Positions 8,766 through 16,833 of a DNA stretch of 64,000 bases are shown here, piece by piece (within the stretch, counting starts at the first letter, position 1; each line of letters starts with the position of its first letter). Source of the DNA: Flavobacterium sp. (GTDB lineage: Bacteria > Bacteroidota > Bacteroidia > Flavobacteriales > Flavobacteriaceae); NCBI GenBank assembly GCA_014377455.1, contig JACMPO010000021.1, forward strand, positions 1,903 to 65,902. Direction: 5' to 3'. The position numbers and the translations under genes are program-made. The notes beneath the pieces are model-generated. The model was not told where the DNA came from. It made no database searches and worked only from the letters and a program-made list of their open reading frames with translations.

Positions 8766-9932
8766 ATGAACAGACGTAACTTTCTCTCACTTACTGGAAC
8801 TTTTACTGGAGGAATGCTAATGCTTCCTGACTTTTTGCATGCTTTTGGTTCCCAAAATTCGTTAATTCAAGGCGAACAATGCTTGGTTTTTGTTCAATTA
8901 AATGGTGGTAATGATGGCTTAAACACTTTTATCCCATTTGACAATCCTTTATATTATGATTTAAGAAGCAAAATTGCCATCAATAAAGACGCAGTTGTTG
9001 GTAAAAATCATGGTATGGGATTTCATCCATCGTTAAAAAACTTTGCAGATATGTTGCAAAATAGTGATTTAACTGTAGTTCAAAACGTTGGTTATCCTGA
9101 ACCGGTTCGTTCTCATTTTAGAAGTCAAGAAATTTGGCAAACCGCCACAGATTCAAACAAATATTTAAATGAAGGTTGGCTTGGCCGATATTTAGATTTA
9201 CAATGTAAAGAACATCAGCCAACTGCAGGAATAAATCTAGATTCTATTGATAATCTAGCTTTAAAAGGTATCGAGCCAAATTCCATAACGGTCAAAAATC
9301 CTTCCAATTTCAAAATTAAATCTGATAAAGTTGAAACAGTAACATTATCTGATAATCCACAACTAGATTTTGTTAGAAAAATTGCCAATTCAGTTACTGA
9401 AGGTTCAGATGATATTCAAAATGCTTTGTCTAAATCGACTTCTGATACAAATTATGAAAAAACGGGATTGTCAAAAAATTTAGAATGGATTGCCCGATTA
9501 ATTAAAGGAAATCTGAATTCAAAGGTATATTACACTTCTCTTGGTGGCTTTGATACACATGATAATCAGCTTGCAATTCACGAGCGAAAATTAACCGAAT
9601 TAAACGATGCCGTTTATAGTTTTTATCAGGATTTAAAAAATGCAAAATTATTGCAGAATGTTACCCTAGTTGTATTTTCAGAGTTTGGTAGACGCGTTAA
9701 AGATAACGGAAAAGGTACTGATCATGGAACGGCAGCTCCAATGTTTATAATAGGTGGAAACAATAAAGGTGTGATTTTTGGAAACAATCCAAACTTAGCA
9801 AATTTAGACAATGGCGATTTGAAACACGAAATCGATTTTAGAAGTGTTTATGCCACATTACTCGATAAAAAATTGAATTTTGATGCCTCGAAAATTGGAA
9901 TTTCAAACCCTTCATTAAGCGGTATTTTTTAA
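8766..9932 (+). CDS. DUF1501 family protein with Tat-like signal
   Basis: MNRRNFL; QLNGGNDGLN; RSHF; GGFDTH; SEFGRR; GTDHG; DFRSVYA. Confidence 0.92.
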   Translation: MNRRNFLSLTGTFTGGMLMLPDFLHAFGSQNSLIQGEQCLVFVQLNGGNDGLNTFIPFDNPLYYDLRSKIAINKDAVVGKNHGMGFHPSLKNFADMLQNSDLTVVQNVGYPEPVRSHFRSQEIWQTATDSNKYLNEGWLGRYLDLQCKEHQPTAGINLDSIDNLALKGIEPNSITVKNPSNFKIKSDKVETVTLSDNPQLDFVRKIANSVTEGSDDIQNALSKSTSDTNYEKTGLSKNLEWIARLIKGNLNSKVYYTSLGGFDTHDNQLAIHERKLTELNDAVYSFYQDLKNAKLLQNVTLVVFSEFGRRVKDNGKGTDHGTAAPMFIIGGNNKGVIFGNNPNLANLDNGDLKHEIDFRSVYATLLDKKLNFDASKIGISNPSLSGIF

Positions 9933-9981
9933 GTTTAAAAAAGTTGTTTGGCTATTATACTTCATATTATTAAAACAAAAC

Positions 9982-9989
9982 TATCTTTG
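9982..9989 (+). promoter_or_regulatory. -7 element TATCTTTG for the EamA gene
   Basis: Exact TAnnTTTG 22 nt before ATG 10012. Confidence 0.55.
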
Positions 9990-10011
9990 TCAGCCTTTTA
10001 AAAAATAAAAA

Positions 10012-10911
10012 ATGATAAAGAATAATGTTCTCAAAGGAGTTTTTTTAGTGGGACTTGGAGCCACAAGTTATGGAATGTTAGCTACGTTCGTCAAACTTGC
10101 TTATAACGAACATTTCACCACTGCCGAAGTTACATCGTCGCAATTTATACTTGGAATAATTGGTGTTTTGTTTATCAATATTTTTCAAAAATTAACTACA
10201 AAAAAACCAGTTGTAAAAGCAACTTTAAAAAATATATTTCAACTCATGTTTGCTGGAACTTCCTTGGGAATGACTAGTGTATTTTATTATTTATGTGTCA
10301 AATATATTGACGTTTCTATTGCAATTGTATTGTTAATGCAAACCGTTTGGATGGGCGTTTTGCTTGAAATGATTTTAGATAAAAAACTTCCATCAAAGCA
10401 AAAAATCATAGCAGTTTCAATAGTTTTAGTAGGTACTATATTGGCTACAAATTTAATTTACAATCAAAACCCAATTGATTTTAAAGGTATTTTTTGGGGA
10501 TTATTAGCAGCAGCATCTTTTACCACAACCATGTTTACTGCCAACAGAATTGCCACTAATGTTTCGTCAGCGCAACGTAGTTTATTTATGTTGCTTGGCG
10601 GCGCAATTATTGTTTTTGGTTTCGGAATTGCTACACAAACAACCGCTTTTAACTTTGAAATTTTCCTTAAATGGGGAATTTATCTTGCTTTATTTGGAAC
10701 TATAATTCCTCCACTTTTAATGAATGCAGGATTTCCAATCACCGGAATTGGACTGGGAAGTATTGTCTCTGCACTCGAATTGCCCGTTTCAGTTCTTATG
10801 GCATTTATCATTTTAAACGAAACAGTCATAATTTCGCAATGGATTGGAATTTTACTCATAATTTTTGCAATTGTACTTATGAATATTAATACTTCTAAAA
10901 GCAAAACATAA
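10012..10911 (+). CDS. EamA/DMT family transporter
   Basis: About 10 hydrophobic segments in two repeats; ELPVSV...LNE motif. Confidence 0.88.
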   Translation: MIKNNVLKGVFLVGLGATSYGMLATFVKLAYNEHFTTAEVTSSQFILGIIGVLFINIFQKLTTKKPVVKATLKNIFQLMFAGTSLGMTSVFYYLCVKYIDVSIAIVLLMQTVWMGVLLEMILDKKLPSKQKIIAVSIVLVGTILATNLIYNQNPIDFKGIFWGLLAAASFTTTMFTANRIATNVSSAQRSLFMLLGGAIIVFGFGIATQTTAFNFEIFLKWGIYLALFGTIIPPLLMNAGFPITGIGLGSIVSALELPVSVLMAFIILNETVIISQWIGILLIIFAIVLMNINTSKSKT

Positions 10912-10987
10912 CTCCATAACCTAAATTTTATCGATTAAAATACAATTATTGTTAAAATAGTTTTATTTTCGTACAAAAACATTTTGT

Positions 10988-11485
10988 ATGAACATGACCT
11001 ATCATCCTTGGCATTTAATTTTGATGTCGATTTTTTATATTATAAGTGGTATTAATCATTTTCGCAAGCCGTCACTTTACGAAGCCATAATCCCTAAACA
11101 AATTCCGTATAAGATGTTCTGGAATGAAGTAACAGGAATGTCACAAATATTTTTTGCAATTTCAATACAATTGCCTGGTGCTCAAATAATTTCGGCTTGG
11201 TCTATCATTGTTTTATTAATCTTTATGTTTCCCGCTAATATCAATATGATTTTAGATAAAAAAGCAAGTTTGGGAATTCCTATGTGGATTTTATATTTAC
11301 GAATTCCGTTGCAATTTGCTCTAATTGCTTGGGCTTATTATTACACTTATTTTTTTATATCTGTTGTAAATTATAAATTCTTTTTTTTTAATTTTGATTC
11401 ATGGATTCCTTATTTAAAAACGAAAAAATTATATTTGATTTACCACAAGCAACAATCGAATATTTCCCTGAATTTTTTAATTTAG
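10988..11485 (+). CDS. DoxX/MauE-like membrane protein with suspicious C-terminal extension
   Basis: GINHF..P..Y..IIP...FPANI..RIPLQ..LIAWAY core. The last ~45 aa run through an intergenic-looking tract into alkB. Confidence 0.75.
   Translation: MNMTYHPWHLILMSIFYIISGINHFRKPSLYEAIIPKQIPYKMFWNEVTGMSQIFFAISIQLPGAQIISAWSIIVLLIFMFPANINMILDKKASLGIPMWILYLRIPLQFALIAWAYYYTYFFISVVNYKFFFFNFDSWIPYLKTKKLYLIYHKQQSNISLNFLI
11389..11396 (+). promoter_or_regulatory. -7 element TAATTTTG, possibly giving a leaderless alkB mRNA
   Basis: TAnnTTTG 4 nt before ATG 11401; TTG 22 nt upstream at 11364-11366. Confidence 0.4.
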
Positions 11486-12012
11486 AAAAATCAAATCAAA
11501 TATTTGAAACACTTCAAAACGAAATACCTTGGCAACAAGATGATATTACTGTGTATGGAAAAAAATATGCACAACCGCGTTTAACAGCTCTTTATGGAAA
11601 TGAAGGAAAGCCTTACTCCTATTCCAACATTGTGATGCAACCACACAAATGGAATACAATTTTAACTTATTTAAAAGAAGAAATAGAGACGGTTTGTACC
11701 GATAAGTTTACCACAGTTTTATTAAATTTATATCGAAACGGAAAAGACAGCAATGGCTGGCACGCAGATAATGAAAAAGAACTTGGTCGAAATCCAACTA
11801 TCGCATCATTGAGTTTTGGTGCGTCACGAGCTTTTCATTTACAACACAATTCTGATAAAAACTTAAAACAAAAAATCATTCTAGATCATGGTAGTTTATT
11901 GATAATGAGTGGCGAAACACAACATTACTGGAAACATCAAATACCAAAAATAGCTAAAGAAATTGGACCACGAATAAATTTGACATTCAGAATAATCAGA
12001 ATAATTTTATAA
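11401..12012 (+). CDS. alkB: AlkB-family 2OG-Fe(II) dioxygenase (ALKBH2/3-like)
   Basis: QPRLTA, LLNLYRNGKDSNGWHAD (HxD), HYWKH, RINLTFR. Confidence 0.9.
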   Translation: MDSLFKNEKIIFDLPQATIEYFPEFFNLEKSNQIFETLQNEIPWQQDDITVYGKKYAQPRLTALYGNEGKPYSYSNIVMQPHKWNTILTYLKEEIETVCTDKFTTVLLNLYRNGKDSNGWHADNEKELGRNPTIASLSFGASRAFHLQHNSDKNLKQKIILDHGSLLIMSGETQHYWKHQIPKIAKEIGPRINLTFRIIRIIL

Positions 12013-12131
12013 AAATCAAAACTTTCTAAAAAATTGTAACAGAAAGTATAAAGTAATTAATATTTTTATTAATATTGTTATAAGAATTGATAATCAGTAT
12101 TTAACAAAAAAATAATTGTATTTTTCTATAA

Positions 12132-12410
12132 ATGAGAAAGAGTAAAGTTTCCGAATTGAGTTATGATGACCGTGAAAGAATCATAACATTAGCATTAGAA
12201 GAGCGAAATCCGTTTGAAATCATTAAAAAAGATTTTCAATTGAGCGAGCAAGAAGTTCTTGGAGTAATGAAAAAAAAGCTTACCGCAGACAAATTTGAAG
12301 TTTGGAAAAAGAAAGCAATGGCAAGCAAGCCAAAACCTAAAGCTCCTAAAATAGACGATTTTGACGAAGACTTGGATGGAAAATATTATATCAAAAATAA
12401 GTTAGATTAA
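12132..12410 (+). CDS. DUF2805 (TIGR03643-like) divergent paralog
   Basis: RIITLALEERNPFEII aligns with RIIEMAWEDRTTFDAI of the next gene; acidic tail. Confidence 0.65.
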   Translation: MRKSKVSELSYDDRERIITLALEERNPFEIIKKDFQLSEQEVLGVMKKKLTADKFEVWKKKAMASKPKPKAPKIDDFDEDLDGKYYIKNKLD

Positions 12411-12463
12411 TTTTAACTTTTGTTAGAAGCTTCGTTTTAAAAATAAATTTCAATTTTGCATTT

Positions 12464-12745
12464 ATGAAAAGTAGAGAATTTACAGAAATTGAATTAGATC
12501 GCATTATCGAAATGGCGTGGGAAGATCGCACCACTTTTGATGCAATTACGTTACAATTTGGAATTTCAGAAAAAGAAACGATAGAAATAATGCGGCGCGA
12601 GATGAAACTTTCAAGTTTTAAAATGTGGCGTAAACGTGTACAAGGTAGAGCAACTAAACATGCCAAGTTACGCGTGGCAGGTGTTGACAGATTTAAATGT
12701 ACCTTACAAAAACAAATAACCCACAACAAAATATCAAAGCGATAA
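12464..12745 (+). CDS. DUF2805 / TIGR03643 family protein
   Basis: DRIIEMAWEDRTTFDAI..QFG..E...MRR...SSFKMWRKRV.GR.TKH...FKC. Confidence 0.88.
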   Translation: MKSREFTEIELDRIIEMAWEDRTTFDAITLQFGISEKETIEIMRREMKLSSFKMWRKRVQGRATKHAKLRVAGVDRFKCTLQKQITHNKISKR

Positions 12746-12763
12746 GAAATTATCGCTTTTTTT
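12736..12763 (+). terminator. Intrinsic terminator
   Basis: AAAGCGATAA-GAAA-TTATCGCTTT followed by T-run; contains the stop codon at 12743-12745. Confidence 0.85.
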
Positions 12764-12773
12764 ATGAATTTTT

Positions 12774-12799
12774 TGTAACAAATTCTTCCTCACTTCGTT
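12774..12799 (+). promoter_or_regulatory. Putative ECF-sigma promoter TGTAAC-N16-CGTT
   Basis: Directly after the terminator and 20 nt before ATG 12820. Confidence 0.5.
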
Positions 12800-12819
12800 T
12801 AATTAACAAACTTAAAACC

Positions 12820-13161
12820 ATGGTAACAATTTCTGAAACATCTGAAAATTTTATTTTTAAACTTAAAGGTTTACATTTTATTTGGGCTTTAAAACACGAA
12901 TTACGAATTCCCAAAAAAAATATTGTTAAGGTTTATCAAAATGCGGAAGAATTAAATAAATGGAAAGGTTTCAGATTTGGCACTTACGTTCCAGGATTGA
13001 TTACTGCAGGAACATTTTCCTGGAAAGGAACTACAAATTTTTGGGATGTATGTAACAGAAAAAATACTATTATTATTGAACTTAAAGATAGTATTTATAA
13101 TAAATTATATCTTGAAGTAACGGATGTAAGTAACGCTACAAAAATTTTAACTCAAAAGTAA
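12820..13161 (+). CDS. Small hypothetical protein, bacterial PH-domain-like
   Basis: LRIPKKNIVKV...GFRFGTYVPG...AGTF...FWDV pattern. True start ATG 12820, downstream of the terminator. Confidence 0.6.
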   Translation: MVTISETSENFIFKLKGLHFIWALKHELRIPKKNIVKVYQNAEELNKWKGFRFGTYVPGLITAGTFSWKGTTNFWDVCNRKNTIIIELKDSIYNKLYLEVTDVSNATKILTQK

Positions 13162-13162
13162 T

Positions 13163-14101
13163 ATGAAAAAAATTATATTTTTAATCTGCTTAATCACAAA
13201 CTCTATTTTAGCTCAAGAAACACTTTTTGATAAGCAAGAAGTCCAAGTAAACTCATTACTAAAAGGCACATTATATGTGCCAAAAAATGCCAACTCCAAA
13301 ACAAAACTGGTAATTTTAATAGCTGGATCTGGACCTACAAACAGAAATGGAAACAGTGGTATGACTCAAAATAACTGCTTAAAGTTTTTAGCAGAAAATT
13401 TGGCATGTCAAGATATTGCAGTTTTTAGTTATGATAAACGCATTATTGCTATGGTTACAAGTGGAAAAGTAGATGAAAAAACATTACGCTTTGAAGATTT
13501 TATAAACGATGCATCTGATGTTGTAACGTACTTCAAATCACAAAATAAATTTAGTAAAATCATAATCGCTGGTCATAGTGAAGGGTCGCTTATTGGAATG
13601 GTCGCTTGTTTAAAAAATTGCGACGGATACATCTCAATTGCTGGAGCTGGAAGAACTATTGATGAAGTTTTAAACCAACAGTATAGTGAACAATACCATG
13701 CTTTTTCAAAAGAAGTTAGCGAAAAATTAGCCTTGTTAAAGGCAGGAAAAACTTTTGATTTTACTTCTAAAAATCCATTATTATACTCACTTTTTAAACC
13801 AGATTTACAGGAGTATCTTATTTCATGGATTAAATTCAATCCGCAAGATGAAATAAAAAAAGTCAAAGTTCCTACTTTACTTATAAATGGTAAAAAAGAT
13901 ATTCAAGTGAGTATCGAAGATGCTAATTTATTGAAACAGGCAAAACCAGATGCAACCTTAGTTTTAATTGATGACATGAATCATATTTTTAAAATTATAA
14001 AAGGTGATTTAGCCGAAAATAAAGCTTCATACAGCGACCCAAAATTACCAATTAGTAATGAGCTTGTAAAAACAATCACCGATTTTGTGCATAAAATTTA
14101 A
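13163..14101 (+). CDS. Secreted alpha/beta hydrolase
   Basis: IAGSGPTNRNGN, YDKR, GHSEG nucleophile, GKKDIQV, MNHIFK; signal peptide. Confidence 0.9.
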   Translation: MKKIIFLICLITNSILAQETLFDKQEVQVNSLLKGTLYVPKNANSKTKLVILIAGSGPTNRNGNSGMTQNNCLKFLAENLACQDIAVFSYDKRIIAMVTSGKVDEKTLRFEDFINDASDVVTYFKSQNKFSKIIIAGHSEGSLIGMVACLKNCDGYISIAGAGRTIDEVLNQQYSEQYHAFSKEVSEKLALLKAGKTFDFTSKNPLLYSLFKPDLQEYLISWIKFNPQDEIKKVKVPTLLINGKKDIQVSIEDANLLKQAKPDATLVLIDDMNHIFKIIKGDLAENKASYSDPKLPISNELVKTITDFVHKI

Positions 14102-14102
14102 T

Positions 14103-14128
14103 TGTAACAAAATCTTATTTTTATTGTC
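14103..14128 (+). promoter_or_regulatory. Putative ECF-sigma promoter TGTAAC-N16-TGTC
   Basis: Same geometry as 12774 and 6362; 24 nt before ATG 14153. Confidence 0.45.
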
Positions 14129-14152
14129 TTATCTGCAAAAATAACCATTATT

Positions 14153-16018
14153 ATGAGAAAAATATTATTGACTATTGGTTTGATTTCAGTTCTAATTAGC
14201 TGTAAATCAACAAGTAAAATTGCTACTGACACAAAAAAACCACAAGAAGTTGATGTTACTATCGATTTAAACATTATAAAGGATGATAAAGTTTTGGTCG
14301 CAGTAGTTCCACCAAAATTTCAAACAAATGAAGTAATTTATCATATCCCAAAAATTGTTCCAGGAACTTATTCCGAAGATAATTATGGTCGTTACATTGA
14401 TGATGTAAAAGCTTTTGATAGCACTGGAAATCCAATAGAAGTAATAAAACTTGATACCAACTCTTGGACAATTAAAAATGCAAAATCACTAAATAAAATT
14501 ACTTATTTGGTAAATGATACTTTTGATTCTGAAAAAGGTGGTGGTTTTGGAAAAGAAGATATATTTTCTCCAGCAGGTACAAATATATTAGAAGGTAAAA
14601 ATTTTATGTTAAACAATCATGGTTTTGTTGGGTATTTCAACGAACTTAAAGACATAACATACAAAGTTACTGTTTCACATTCCGAAACGCTGTTTGGTGC
14701 AACATCACTTATTGATACTGATGCAAGCAATTTGTCGGATACATTTATAGTTTCCAGATATAACGAGTTAGTTGACAACCCTATAATGTACTCAAAACCA
14801 GACTATACAACTTTTAATGTGGATGGAATGGAAATACTTTTTAGTGTGTATTCTCCTAATGGAAAACATTCTGCCAAAGCGCTTTCGCCCGATTTAGAAA
14901 AAATGATGCGTGCTCAAAAAGCATTTTTAGGATCCATCAATACAAATAAAAAATATACTGTTATTTTATATCTCTCTGAAATGCAAAAGAAAGATGCTAA
15001 AGGTTTTGGAGCATTGGAACACAACACTTCAACCACTGTTGTTTTTCCAGAAATGATACCAGCAGGAAGTTTAGGAAAAGAAATTATTGATGTTGTTTCA
15101 CACGAATTTTTTCATACCGTAACCCCATTAAATATTCATTCGAACGAGATTCAAAACTTTGACTTTACAGTTCCTAAAATGTCAAAACATTTGTGGATGT
15201 ATGAAGGTATAACCGAATATTTTGCAAATTTATTTCAAGTAAATCAAGGGCTTATCGATGAAAATGCATTTTACAAACGAATGATAAAGAAAATAAGAAA
15301 TGCAAAAGAAATGAACGACACAATGCCGTTTACAGTAATGAGCGAAAATGTTTTGAAAGAACCATACAAAGATCAATATCTAAATGTTTACGAAAAAGGC
15401 GCATTAATTGCCATGTGTATCGATATAGAAATAAGAGAAAAAAGCGATGGTAAGCGAGGAATTCTTGATTTAATGAAAAAACTTTCAGCCGAATACGGAT
15501 CGAAAAAAGCTTTTAATGATGATGAACTTTTTGCAAAAATCACGGAATTAACATATCCTGAAATAGGTACTTTTTTAACTACTTATGTTTCAGGAACAAC
15601 TCCAATTCCTTATGATGTTTACTTGGCGAAAGTTGGAATTGCAAATAAAAAGTTCCAAAAAGTGCGAAATCCATTCATTAAAAATAATGAATCAGGAATT
15701 ACTGGAAATGCATCAACTAAAGAATTAATAGTTAAATCCAATACCTATTTAAGCGATTTTATGTTTGCAATTGGCTTAAAAGCAGATGATGTAATCGAGG
15801 AAATTAATATGAAAAAATATAATTTAGAAACAATTTCAGAAATGATGTCATCAGTTCAAAACTGGAAAGATGGAGATGCTATTTCAATCAAAATTAAACG
15901 TAATAACAAAGAACAATTGCTTACTACTAATGTAAAATTATCATTTGAAGAATCTGAAGGTTATCAAAATGCTGACGATTCTAAAAAGTCTCTAAAAGAT
16001 GCTTGGTTAAAAGGATAG
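14153..16018 (+). CDS. M61 glycyl aminopeptidase lipoprotein with PDZ-like C-terminus
   Basis: Lipobox LISC; PGTYS; GALEHNTS; HEFFH; LWMYEGITEY; YEKG. Confidence 0.9.
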   Translation: MRKILLTIGLISVLISCKSTSKIATDTKKPQEVDVTIDLNIIKDDKVLVAVVPPKFQTNEVIYHIPKIVPGTYSEDNYGRYIDDVKAFDSTGNPIEVIKLDTNSWTIKNAKSLNKITYLVNDTFDSEKGGGFGKEDIFSPAGTNILEGKNFMLNNHGFVGYFNELKDITYKVTVSHSETLFGATSLIDTDASNLSDTFIVSRYNELVDNPIMYSKPDYTTFNVDGMEILFSVYSPNGKHSAKALSPDLEKMMRAQKAFLGSINTNKKYTVILYLSEMQKKDAKGFGALEHNTSTTVVFPEMIPAGSLGKEIIDVVSHEFFHTVTPLNIHSNEIQNFDFTVPKMSKHLWMYEGITEYFANLFQVNQGLIDENAFYKRMIKKIRNAKEMNDTMPFTVMSENVLKEPYKDQYLNVYEKGALIAMCIDIEIREKSDGKRGILDLMKKLSAEYGSKKAFNDDELFAKITELTYPEIGTFLTTYVSGTTPIPYDVYLAKVGIANKKFQKVRNPFIKNNESGITGNASTKELIVKSNTYLSDFMFAIGLKADDVIEEINMKKYNLETISEMMSSVQNWKDGDAISIKIKRNNKEQLLTTNVKLSFEESEGYQNADDSKKSLKDAWLKG

Positions 16019-16039
16019 ATTGAAATTTATTCATTTTTT

Positions 16040-16076
16040 AAATCCCTAAATTATCCTATAGTTTGGGGATTTTTTT
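16040..16076 (+). terminator. Intrinsic terminator
   Basis: AAATCCCTAAA...TTTGGGGATTT (one G-U pair) plus T-run after the M61 gene. Confidence 0.7.
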
Positions 16077-16106
16077 ATTATTTTCGCAAACTATATTAAA
16101 AATCCA

Positions 16107-16826
16107 ATGATGAAAAAGTACCTTATTTTTCTATTAATTATTTTTGTAATCTTTTCATGTAAGGAAAACAAATCCGAAAAAAATCTTCAAATCACAGGTT
16201 TTATAAAAGGATTTACAAAAGGTGTTATTTATATTAATAAAGTAAAAGATACAACTTTAATAACACTTGATACTATCAAAATAAATGGTAATTCACATTT
16301 TGAAAGTGCTTTAGACATAAGTTCTCCCGAAATGTATTACCTAACAATTGATAGAGGAACTACAAATTCTATTGATAATAGTTTGTCATTTTTTGCAGAA
16401 TCTGGTACGATAAATATTGAATCATCATTAGAATTTTTCACATCAGATGCAAAAATTACAGGTTCAAAAAATCAAGGTCTATATGACGAATACAAAAAAG
16501 TAGTTTCCCAATTTGTAGATCGAAATTTAGATTTGATAGAAGCAAAATTTAAAGCACTACAATCAAAAAACAACCAAGAACTTGCGTCGATAGCATTTAA
16601 GCAAGACGAAATAGTAAAAAGAAAATATCTATACACTACTAATTTTGCAGTAAATCATGCCGATTATGAAGTTGCACCATATGTAGCAGTTTCTGAAATA
16701 TATGATATAAACTTGAAATATTTAGATACAATTCAAAAATCAATGACACCAAAAATTGCTAAATCAATTTATGGCAAACAGCTAAATCAATTGATTATTG
16801 ATCGAAAAAAATTAGAACAAAAATAA
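16107..16826 (+). CDS. DUF4369-domain lipoprotein
   Basis: Lipobox IFSC; ITGFIKG...PEMYYL...FFAESGTI; no thioredoxin CxxC. Confidence 0.75.
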   Translation: MMKKYLIFLLIIFVIFSCKENKSEKNLQITGFIKGFTKGVIYINKVKDTTLITLDTIKINGNSHFESALDISSPEMYYLTIDRGTTNSIDNSLSFFAESGTINIESSLEFFTSDAKITGSKNQGLYDEYKKVVSQFVDRNLDLIEAKFKALQSKNNQELASIAFKQDEIVKRKYLYTTNFAVNHADYEVAPYVAVSEIYDINLKYLDTIQKSMTPKIAKSIYGKQLNQLIIDRKKLEQK

Positions 16827-16833
16827 TTCTAAA

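Noticed and set aside
12035-12060. TGTAAC upstream of the DUF2805 pair as a fourth ECF site
   Set aside because: No YGTY at 16 nt. A second candidate (TTAAC 12413 / CGTT 12433) has a 15-nt spacer, so neither was counted.
12391-12729. 112-aa minus-strand ORF
   Set aside because: Antisense shadow of the DUF2805 gene.
12697-12819. 41-aa N-terminal extension given by the ORF track
   Set aside because: Crosses a clear terminator and a putative promoter; ATG 12820 is the better start.
16107-16826. TlpA/thioredoxin call for the DUF4369 protein
   Set aside because: No CxxC or AhpC-TSA domain is present.
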